DNA of 19,926 nt from Sulfurimonadaceae bacterium. Lineage in GTDB: Bacteria; Campylobacterota; Campylobacteria; Campylobacterales; Sulfurimonadaceae. Under the pieces are notes generated by a model. It was not told the DNA's origin, made no database searches, and saw nothing but the letters and a program-made list of their open reading frames with translations. The DNA lies in assembly GCA_041562555.1 (NCBI GenBank), contig JBFEXS010000031.1, forward strand, positions 1 through 19,926, read 5' to 3'. Every line of letters begins with the position of its first letter. The first letter of the stretch is position 1. A program made the translations under genes and the position numbers. Shown in pieces: positions 8,107 to 15,505 of this stretch.

Positions 8107-9136
8107 GCTCGAAGAGCTCCTGAAGTAGGTCTATCTCTTCAAGTGCACGACCTGTACCCTTTGCAACGGCAAGAAGTGGTTCATCTGCAACATATACAGG
8201 GATTTTTATAAGCTCAGACAAGAACTTGTCCAGCTGGCGGATCAATGCTCCACCTCCGGTAAGAATGATCCCGTGATTTACAATATCACCTGCAAGATCA
8301 GGAGGCATGATTTCAAGTACGTCACGCAGTGCCTCTCCGATCTCTTTCAACGGATCACGCATCGCTTCACGGGCATCTTCACTTGTAAGCTCGATCGAAC
8401 TCAAAAGCCCTTCGACCTGATCACGTCCATTTACGATCATTGTTAACTCTTCATCCAAAGGCATAGCTGTACCGATAGCGATCTTGATCTCTTCCGCTGA
8501 ACGCTCACCGATAAGAAGGTTATATTTACGTTTAACATAATCAACGATCGCCTGATCGATCTTATCTCCCGCTACACGAATGGACTTGGAAAGTACTAGT
8601 CCTCCAAGCGAGACAACACCGATCTCCGTCGTACCGCCACCGATGTCAACAACCAGGTTCCCCTGAGGTTCACGGATATCGATGCCTGCACCAATAGCTG
8701 CTGCCATAGGCTCTTCAATCAAGAAGACCTCACGTGCACCTGCAGACAGTGCCGATTCACGTACTGCTTTACGTTCTACCTGTGTGAGCCCGTAAGGCAC
8801 ACAGATAATAATACGCGGTGAGATAAGAGCTGAACGTCCATGGGCCTTTTGAATGAACTTACGGATCATTTTCTCTGTCATGTCAAAGTCTGCAATGACC
8901 CCGTCTTTCATCGGACGGATTGCTTTGATATTACCCGGTGTCTTACCGACCATCTCTTTTGCTTCACGCCCTACCGCTAAAACTTTTTGATGACCGAAAC
9001 GTTCTGTTTTAACAGCGACAACCGAAGGTTCATTGATAATGATCCCTTTACCTTTGGCAATCACCAAAGTATTCGCTGTTCCCAAGTCAATTGAAAGGTC
9101 ACTTGAAAAAAGTCCTACAAATTTATTAAAAATCAT
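8099..9136 (-). CDS. mreB: Rod shape-determining protein MreB
   Basis: DLSIDLGTANT, INEPSVVA, IRPMKDGVIADF, EEPMAAAIGAG, DIGGGTTE, LTGGGAL. Confidence 0.99.
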   Translation of the reverse strand: MIFNKFVGLFSSDLSIDLGTANTLVIAKGKGIIINEPSVVAVKTERFGHQKVLAVGREAKEMVGKTPGNIKAIRPMKDGVIADFDMTEKMIRKFIQKAHGRSALISPRIIICVPYGLTQVERKAVRESALSAGAREVFLIEEPMAAAIGAGIDIREPQGNLVVDIGGGTTEIGVVSLGGLVLSKSIRVAGDKIDQAIVDYVKRKYNLLIGERSAEEIKIAIGTAMPLDEELTMIVNGRDQVEGLLSSIELTSEDAREAMRDPLKEIGEALRDVLEIMPPDLAGDIVNHGIILTGGGALIRQLDKFLSELIKIPVYVADEPLLAVAKGTGRALEEIDLLQELFEHE

Positions 9137-9143
9137 ATTTATC

Positions 9144-10388
9144 CTACGCTATTTTTTTCTTGTTATTATTTTTGATATAGATCGGTTTCTCTCCACCTTC
9201 TACCATCTCTTTGGTGATCACGACTTCATAACCTGCATATTCAGGAAGCTCGTACATCACATCTATCATCATCTCTTCCATGATCGAACGAAGACCGCGA
9301 GCTCCTGTTTTGCGTTCAATCGCTTTCTTCGCGATTGCTCTTAAGGCATCTTCTTCAAAATTCAACTCAACATTATCAATAGCAAAAAGTTTTTTGTATT
9401 GACGTGTCAATGAGTTTTTAGGCTCTGTCAGGATCTGCACCATCGCCTCTTCTTCGATCTCGCTAAGTGTAGCGATTATTGGTAAACGGCCGATCAATTC
9501 AGGGATCAATCCGTACTGTACCAGATCATCCGGTTCTACCATATCATACGTCGGTTCCTGCTCGTCTTTGGACTTTTTCTCATGTCCAAATCCAAGAACG
9601 TTGGAGCCTTGTTTGCGTTTAAGGATGTCTTTCATGCCATCAAAAGCTCCACCACAGATAAAGAGGATGCCTGAAGTGTCCATGGAGACGAACTCTTGGT
9701 TCGGATGTTTGCGTCCGCCCTTGGGAGGGAGATTCACCTGAGCACCTTCGATGATTTTCAAGAGTGCCTGCTGAACACCCTCTCCCGATACATCACGGGT
9801 AATCGAGCGGTTCTCACTCATACGTGCGATCTTGTCGATCTCATCAATAAACAAAATACCCTGTTCTGCACGTTCCACATCCCCGTCTGCCGCTTGTAGC
9901 AGACGTGTCAGAATATTCTCCACATCTTCACCCACATAACCGGCTTCTGTCAAAGAGGTAGCATCGGCAATGGCCAAAGGTACATTAAGGACACGGGCGA
10001 TCGTCTGGGCTAAAAGTGTCTTTCCTGATCCTGTCGGCCCGATCAGTAAAATATTTGATTTTGCTATCTCAGTATCGTCTTCTTCGACTTCATGCTGTTT
10101 GAAAATACGTTTGTAATGATTATAAACGGCTACCGATAAAAGTTTACGTGCATTTTCCTGCCCGATAACATACTCACCCAAGAAAGCGTTCATCTCCTTT
10201 GGCGTCATCAATTTGCCATCATGCGTCGGTGCCACCACACCCTCTTCGCTTTCAACGATATCATCGCCGAACATAATACGATAGGCCGAGATCACACAAT
10301 TTTTACAAATATAGACACCATTACCAGCTATCAGTGGATTTTCTTCTGTTTCTATCGCTTCACAAAAGCTACAATTTCTATGAATCAT
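9144..10388 (-). CDS. clpX: ATP-dependent Clp protease ATP-binding subunit ClpX
   Basis: CSFC...CKNC zinc finger, [26 protein letters not shown] loop, LGF loop, TGARGLR. The probable start is ATG 10388, after SD AAGGAAGG; the ORF track starts at 10403. Confidence 0.98.
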   Translation of the reverse strand: MIHRNCSFCEAIETEENPLIAGNGVYICKNCVISAYRIMFGDDIVESEEGVVAPTHDGKLMTPKEMNAFLGEYVIGQENARKLLSVAVYNHYKRIFKQHEVEEDDTEIAKSNILLIGPTGSGKTLLAQTIARVLNVPLAIADATSLTEAGYVGEDVENILTRLLQAADGDVERAEQGILFIDEIDKIARMSENRSITRDVSGEGVQQALLKIIEGAQVNLPPKGGRKHPNQEFVSMDTSGILFICGGAFDGMKDILKRKQGSNVLGFGHEKKSKDEQEPTYDMVEPDDLVQYGLIPELIGRLPIIATLSEIEEEAMVQILTEPKNSLTRQYKKLFAIDNVELNFEEDALRAIAKKAIERKTGARGLRSIMEEMMIDVMYELPEYAGYEVVITKEMVEGGEKPIYIKNNNKKKIA

Positions 10389-11169
10389 TGCCCTTCCTTT
10401 CAAATGCTATTCCGCGTTTTGTCTTGATAACGAAATTGGCAAGCTCTTTTACATGATGATTTGCCGTCCCATCCAGAAGCTCTTGAGCAGCATCTTTAAG
10501 CGGACGTCCCTTCTCAAAAAGTTCTCGATAAGCTGATTTCAGTTCATTGATATCATCACGTTCCAACTTACGGCGCAAGCCAGTAAGGTTCAAGCCTCTT
10601 AGACCTGCACGGTTTCCTTCTGCCATACAAAAAGGAGGGACATCCTGTGAAAGTGCCGATGCGCCGGCCACCATCGCATAATCACCGATATGTACAAACT
10701 GGTGTACCGGTGTCATCCCACCGATCACGACATGATCACCGATCTCAACGTGTCCCGCAATCGTTGCCGCATTGGCAAAGATACAATGTGAACCGATAAT
10801 CGAATCATGTCCTACATGCACATATCCCATAAACAGATTATGCGAACCGATGATCGTCTTGGAACCGCCTCCGGCTGTACCCGGATTAAAAAGCGTGAAC
10901 TCCCGAATGGTATTGTTATCACCGATGATCAGTTCGACCTCTTCTCCGTTATATTTCAGATCCTGAGGAACTGAACCTAAAACCGCATGGGAAAAGATAC
11001 GGTTGTTCTTACCTATCGTCGTCTTGCCGTAAATACATGCACCTTGTGCAATTGTCGTTCCCTCGCCGATCACTGCTTCAGATGATACAAAGGCATAAGG
11101 AGCGATGGAAACATTCTCGCCGATTTGTGCACCATCTTCTATAATGGCCTTATCAGATATCATACTCAT
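10378..11169 (-). CDS. lpxA: Acyl-ACP--UDP-N-acetylglucosamine O-acyltransferase
   Basis: Hexapeptide repeats, PQDLKY, IREF, HVGHD, LA/IAGHV, VHQF, DVPPF, GLN..GLRR. Confidence 0.98.
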   Translation of the reverse strand: MSMISDKAIIEDGAQIGENVSIAPYAFVSSEAVIGEGTTIAQGACIYGKTTIGKNNRIFSHAVLGSVPQDLKYNGEEVELIIGDNNTIREFTLFNPGTAGGGSKTIIGSHNLFMGYVHVGHDSIIGSHCIFANAATIAGHVEIGDHVVIGGMTPVHQFVHIGDYAMVAGASALSQDVPPFCMAEGNRAGLRGLNLTGLRRKLERDDINELKSAYRELFEKGRPLKDAAQELLDGTANHHVKELANFVIKTKRGIAFERKGNDS

Positions 11170-11174
11170 ATTGA

Positions 11175-11618
11175 TTACTTGTCTACTACCATAGCTTTAA
11201 GTTCTGCTTCGGAAACCAGGTTTCCGTCAACATAGGCCTTACCTTGAAGTACCCAGATAGCACCCTTATGTTTGATAACAGAGATCTCATATTCAAGTCT
11301 GTCTCCCGGACGTACCGGATTACGGAACTTGGCCTTATCGATACTCATAAAGTAGACAACTTTCTCAGCTGCTTCCTCTTCTGTCATGTCCATACTTTTG
11401 AATGCAAGGATACCACCGGCCTGCGCCATACCTTCAAGAATCATAACACCAGGATAAATCGGATGACCCGGAAAATGTCCTTCAAACACCTGTTCGCCAA
11501 TACTGACATTTTTATAGCCTAAAAGTTTCTCATCATTCACAATATCAGTAACTCTATCAATCAACAGTAGGGGATATCTATGTGGTAATATTTTCTGGAT
11601 TTCTACAACGTCCATCAT
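11175..11618 (-). CDS. fabZ: 3-hydroxyacyl-ACP dehydratase
   Basis: [48 protein letters not shown]. Confidence 0.98.
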   Translation of the reverse strand: MMDVVEIQKILPHRYPLLLIDRVTDIVNDEKLLGYKNVSIGEQVFEGHFPGHPIYPGVMILEGMAQAGGILAFKSMDMTEEEAAEKVVYFMSIDKAKFRNPVRPGDRLEYEISVIKHKGAIWVLQGKAYVDGNLVSEAELKAMVVDK

Positions 11619-11648
11619 AGGGATATAGCCTTTTTATAAAATTTGGCT

Positions 11649-11657
11649 ATTCTAACA
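11649..11657 (-). promoter_or_regulatory. Extended -10 promoter (TGTTAGAAT) of the fabZ-lpxA-clpX-mreB-mreC operon
   Basis: The reverse complement of 11649-11657 is TGTTAGAAT, about 30 nt upstream of the fabZ start. Confidence 0.6.
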
Positions 11658-11697
11658 AAAATTAGGTTAATAATGTATTATTTTTTCGTATATATGG

Positions 11698-11737
11698 AAA
11701 AAGAGATTTTGTAGGGAGCCCCAAGCCCTATAAATCT
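11698..11737 (-). terminator. Probable intrinsic terminator of the DUF1538-PII gene
   Basis: The minus strand reads AGATTTATAGGG-CTTGGGGCT-CCCTACAAAATCT followed by CTTTTT; an imperfect stem that overlaps the stop codon. Confidence 0.45.
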
Positions 11738-13665
11738 GCAATTTTGAGGGTAACACCTTTAAGATGCGAGATCGGATAGGCATAGGTGATCCCTGCTCCG
11801 CCGACAATCAGATCAAGCTTATCCATGATGTTTTTGATAATGCGGTCTACATTTTTCGTAGGTGTGATAAACATCAGATTTGAATCGGTCTCCTCATGTG
11901 GCAGTCGATTATAGAAGTTTTCCATCTTATCAAGTCCCATACCGTAGGCCTGCATGATCGTCACTCCCTGAGCACCTGCTTCACGCGCGGCAAGAAGAGC
12001 TTCTTCTTCTTTATCCCTCGGGACAATGACGTGAACAGCTGAGAACTGTGCCTGGTATGAATGCCGTTTATCCGTTCCATAGACATTCACCGTAGAAAGC
12101 CCCATATCATGTGCCTGTTCAAGGGCATGTTGAAGTTCACCCAACTGAATTGCTTCACGTTCATGATCTCCCTTGACACCCATTCTTTCCGTAATGACAC
12201 CATATGCCATGACCGTCAACATCGGAAAAAGCGAGGCAAAGGCAATAAGACCGAAACCATCGATCAAAGGATCGCGCCCGGGGATGTTCGTCGCAAGACC
12301 CAATCCTAAGGCCGCGACCAAAGGAACCGTAACCGTTGATGTCGTGACCCCACCACTGTCATACGCAATCGGGATGATATACTTGGGTGCAATGAAGGTC
12401 AAGGCGATGACAAACATATACCCTGCCATGATGTAATAGACGATCTCACCCCCATTGACAATACGATAGGCACCCAGGGCGATACCTATTGCCACCCCAA
12501 AGGCGACAAAGATACGAAGGACAAAATCATTGATCTTACCATCGCTGATCTCTTTGGCTTTTTTTGCAATGGCAGTTAAAGAAGGTTCAGCCATCGTCGT
12601 AGAAAACCCGATAGCAAAGGAAAAACTGTATATCACCCAGGTATTGTCATTTTTCGTCAATTCAAAAGCCATCGTCTCTCCCAGAGAGAAAAGACCCATC
12701 TCAAGACCTATAATAAAGGCATCAAGACCCAAAACGACCAGACCAAAACCGATCAGTACGTTTTTAAGGTTCTCGACCGGCTTCTTCAGCACAACATACT
12801 GAAAGAAGAAGATAACACCTAAGATAGGCAGAACGTCCATCACCACATTCATCAGACCGATCAATAATTCCAAGGGTTTAAGATGAAAACTAAAAGAAGC
12901 CTCGCATACCTCCGGCGCAGCAGCTGCCGCCACCGGGGCAAGTACTTCACTTGCCTGAACAAATTCATATACGAATATCCCATAAAACTGCACAAAGATC
13001 ATTGGTGTCAAAGAGGCAAAGGCGATCAGACCAAAACCGTCCAGGACAGGATTTCTGCCCTTAATCGTCGATGCCAGTCCGATACCCAGGGCAGCCACAA
13101 GCGGTACTGTCACCGTAGAAGTCGTTACACCACCAAGGTCAAAGGCAAGTCCGACGATCTCTTTGGGAGAAAAAGCCGTTGATGCCACCACCAGGATATA
13201 TCCGACGATAATGTAAAAATGGATGGGATGCCCCTTGATGATGCGCCATACTCCAAGAACGATCGCAAACCCTACGGAAAAGGCCACTACCATCCGCAAT
13301 GTAAATGCATCAATACGACCGCAACTGATAGCTGCAGCCTTTTCGGCGATCACAAACAGGGCCGGTTCAGCTACCGTTGTACCAAACCCGATCATAAAGG
13401 CAAAGAGCACTATCCAAAACGTAGACCCTCTCTGGGCGAAATCACTTGCGAGCTTTTCACCGACGGGAAAAATGCCGACTTCCAGTCCCAATAAGAAAAC
13501 AGCCAGACCGATAGCAACGATAAGAAGACCTATAGCTGTACTGATCCAATGTTCAGGTACACTTTGGATGATAGCAAGCTGGAAAAAGATGATCACCAAT
13601 ATAATAGGCATCAAGTCTCTAAAGGACTCTTTGAGCAGTTTAACAAACGATGTAATATTTAACAT
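11728..13665 (-). CDS. Tandem DUF1538 polytopic membrane protein fused to a C-terminal PII-like domain (putative transporter)
   Basis: Two homologous hydrophobic halves, each with G.E.G.F..GE..A, TT.AEP.L, D.GGVTTSTVTVPLVAALG.GLA and GR.P..DGFGLIAFASL. The last ~105 aa (VHVIVPRDKEEEALLAAREAGAQGVTIMQAYGMG...GAGITYAYPISHLKG) follow the PII pattern. The probable start is ATG 13665, after SD AAGGG; the ORF track starts at GTG 13671. Confidence 0.85.
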   Translation of the reverse strand: MLNITSFVKLLKESFRDLMPIILVIIFFQLAIIQSVPEHWISTAIGLLIVAIGLAVFLLGLEVGIFPVGEKLASDFAQRGSTFWIVLFAFMIGFGTTVAEPALFVIAEKAAAISCGRIDAFTLRMVVAFSVGFAIVLGVWRIIKGHPIHFYIIVGYILVVASTAFSPKEIVGLAFDLGGVTTSTVTVPLVAALGIGLASTIKGRNPVLDGFGLIAFASLTPMIFVQFYGIFVYEFVQASEVLAPVAAAAAPEVCEASFSFHLKPLELLIGLMNVVMDVLPILGVIFFFQYVVLKKPVENLKNVLIGFGLVVLGLDAFIIGLEMGLFSLGETMAFELTKNDNTWVIYSFSFAIGFSTTMAEPSLTAIAKKAKEISDGKINDFVLRIFVAFGVAIGIALGAYRIVNGGEIVYYIMAGYMFVIALTFIAPKYIIPIAYDSGGVTTSTVTVPLVAALGLGLATNIPGRDPLIDGFGLIAFASLFPMLTVMAYGVITERMGVKGDHEREAIQLGELQHALEQAHDMGLSTVNVYGTDKRHSYQAQFSAVHVIVPRDKEEEALLAAREAGAQGVTIMQAYGMGLDKMENFYNRLPHEETDSNLMFITPTKNVDRIIKNIMDKLDLIVGGAGITYAYPISHLKGVTLKIADL

Positions 13666-13692
13666 TAACACCCTTACAAATATAATTATCTA

Positions 13693-13698
13693 AGTGTA
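13693..13698 (-). promoter_or_regulatory. Candidate -10 (TACACT) for the DUF1538-PII gene
   Basis: The reverse complement of 13693-13698 is TACACT, about 27 nt upstream of ATG 13665 and downstream of the putative queH terminator. Confidence 0.35.
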
Positions 13699-13735
13699 GC
13701 TTTGAGCTGATAAATCGAACCTAAAACAGCTACGT

Positions 13736-13767
13736 AAAAAGAGAAAACCTCCCAGGGGGACAAGAGG
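13736..13767 (-). terminator. Probable intrinsic terminator after queH
   Basis: The minus strand reads CCTCTTG-TCCCCC-TGGGAGG (stem with G-U pairs) followed by TTTTCTCTTTTT, immediately after the queH stop. Confidence 0.5.
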
Positions 13768-14847
13768 CTAGGAGAGGATCAGATATTCTTTGTTGTCTTC
13801 ATAACTCTGGGCATCCAAATAGAGATCGATTTTACCTTCAGGTATTTTATCAACTATAAAGATCGGGCTAAGGTCATAAGCAGAGTGTGCAAGCTGTTGA
13901 CGGACCGCGATCTCCCGGTCGATACTCAAAGGATTAAAGATCATCTCTTTGACACTGCGAAAACTGCTCTTAGCCAGCATATTGAAGTGATCCAAGCTGA
14001 TAAACTTGACCTCTTCACGGTTCATGAAGTGTATCTCACCTACAGACTTTTCGATACGTCCATTGGCTTTTTTTCTTGGAAGTGTAGAATAGACTAATGC
14101 ATATGAGGGCACCGTCTGCTTTGCAACCTGTACCTTTAGAGTGTACTGGCGATAGTTTAAAAACTTCTCACGTACAAGCTGGTATTCGATACCCTCATCC
14201 TCATAATCCATACGACGCTGATAAAGTTCAAGTCGCTCCTCGATGGAAGCAGGCAGGATTTGTCCTCCGATTGGAGAAAACATCTCATCCATCAATTTGT
14301 CCTGCTGCTCACGCTGCATCGTCAAACCGTATATACAGCCACAATAATCCTGTCTATAGAGCTGTTCTTCTTTCGTCACCCGGCTTTGATCCTGACTTCC
14401 GCCGCCGGAGCGGTAATCAACGGCAATGAATTCGACTCCGTTTTTTTCATAAAAAGCATCACCGACCCGCTTGAGCTGCTCTTGAGATTTCAGCGGAGAG
14501 ACCAGCAGTGTCGTCGTTATTTTTTTCTCGCCAAGTTCAAGTGCCTTGTGGGCAGAAACATCAAAACGTCTATCAAAACAGACCTCGCAACGGGCACCCT
14601 TTTCCGGTTCTTTTTCAAGACCTCGGACAAGGTCCATCCAGGTCTCAAAGTCATATTCGCCTTCTAAAAGCTCAATGCCCAACCTCTTACAGCTTCTTTG
14701 AACATCCAAATAACGCAATTTATACTCAGAATAGGGATGGATATTTGGATCATAAAAAAAGCCGATGAGTTTTTCATCGGGATAGTCCTGTTGCAGCTTT
14801 TCTAAAAAAAAATGAGAATCGACACTACAACATATATGGACTAACAT
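13768..14847 (-). CDS. queH: Epoxyqueuosine reductase QueH (DUF208), long Campylobacterota form
   Basis: HICCSVD, FFYDPNIHPYSEY..R, EPEKGARCEVCF..R, TTTLLVSP.K, LYRQDYCGC, plus about 170 extra C-terminal residues. Confidence 0.92.
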   Translation of the reverse strand: MLVHICCSVDSHFFLEKLQQDYPDEKLIGFFYDPNIHPYSEYKLRYLDVQRSCKRLGIELLEGEYDFETWMDLVRGLEKEPEKGARCEVCFDRRFDVSAHKALELGEKKITTTLLVSPLKSQEQLKRVGDAFYEKNGVEFIAVDYRSGGGSQDQSRVTKEEQLYRQDYCGCIYGLTMQREQQDKLMDEMFSPIGGQILPASIEERLELYQRRMDYEDEGIEYQLVREKFLNYRQYTLKVQVAKQTVPSYALVYSTLPRKKANGRIEKSVGEIHFMNREEVKFISLDHFNMLAKSSFRSVKEMIFNPLSIDREIAVRQQLAHSAYDLSPIFIVDKIPEGKIDLYLDAQSYEDNKEYLILS

Positions 14848-14850
14848 GAT

Positions 14851-15342
14851 CTATCTTTCCGCTAGGATTTCGACTTTTTCAATCTTATCTTGACCTTGGA
14901 TAGCATCAAGTGTTGCGAATGAGTCTGCATCATCCACTTCAATCCCACCGAATACAGTATGGACTCCATCAAGGTGTGGAGTATCAACGAAAGTGATAAA
15001 AAACTGGCTTCCACCTGTATTTGGACCGGCATGTGCCATGGAAAGTGCCCCTCTTCTGTGTTTAGAAGTGTTTTTAGATGTCTCACATGCGATAGAATAA
15101 CCCGGCCCACCGGTACCTGTTCCATGTGGACAACCACCCTGTGCCATAAAGCCCGGAATCACACGATGAAAGTTCAGGCCATCATAATAGCCCTCTTTTG
15201 ATAGACTCGCGAAGTTCGCCACCGTGTTTGGTGTCTCATCACCATAAAGTTTTAACCAGATAACACCCTTTGAAGTCGTCATCTTCGCCCACTGAAATGA
15301 TGCCATCTCTTCTGCTGAGAAATCATATGTTTTTAAAGCCAT
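14851..15342 (-). CDS. ppi: Cyclophilin-type peptidyl-prolyl cis-trans isomerase
   Basis: [66 protein letters not shown]; ends 3 nt before the queH start. Confidence 0.96.
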   Translation of the reverse strand: MALKTYDFSAEEMASFQWAKMTTSKGVIWLKLYGDETPNTVANFASLSKEGYYDGLNFHRVIPGFMAQGGCPHGTGTGGPGYSIACETSKNTSKHRRGALSMAHAGPNTGGSQFFITFVDTPHLDGVHTVFGGIEVDDADSFATLDAIQGQDKIEKVEILAER

Positions 15343-15404
15343 TGTTGTTCCTAAATTATTGTTATTAAGAGGGCTCTGATGAATCCTCTTGTTTTCATCA
15401 TGAA

Positions 15405-15426
15405 ATTATAATCAAAAATTCTTAAG
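15405..15426 (-). promoter_or_regulatory. ppi-queH promoter (-10 TATAAT)
   Basis: The minus strand reads CTTAAGAATTTTTGATTATAAT, with TATAAT at 15410-15405. Confidence 0.55.
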
Positions 15427-15487
15427 TGGCTGATTGTAATATAATTTTTTATACTACAAAAAAGGATTGTTTTTTTTTATTATTTTA

Positions 15488-15496
15488 TGATAGAAT
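15488..15496 (+). promoter_or_regulatory. Extended -10 promoter (TGATAGAAT) of the GGDEF-EAL gene
   Basis: TGATAGAAT at 15488-15496, only 9 nt before ATG 15506. Confidence 0.55.
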
Positions 15497-15505
15497 GCGC
15501 GGATT

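Noticed and set aside
3753..10388. carB without carA and clpX without clpP
   Set aside because: Separation of these partners is normal in Campylobacterota.
12220..13140. Repeated DNA/protein segments (GGVTTSTVTVP, DGFGLIAFASL) as a repeat array or mobile element
   Set aside because: This is intragenic domain duplication with diverged synonymous sites, not a DNA-level repeat. The same applies to the two halves of carB.
15367..15398. TTCATCAGAG in the ppi leader, resembling the start of a SAM-I riboswitch
   Set aside because: The leader is too short and lacks the other conserved elements (GCAACC, GTGC, kink-turn).
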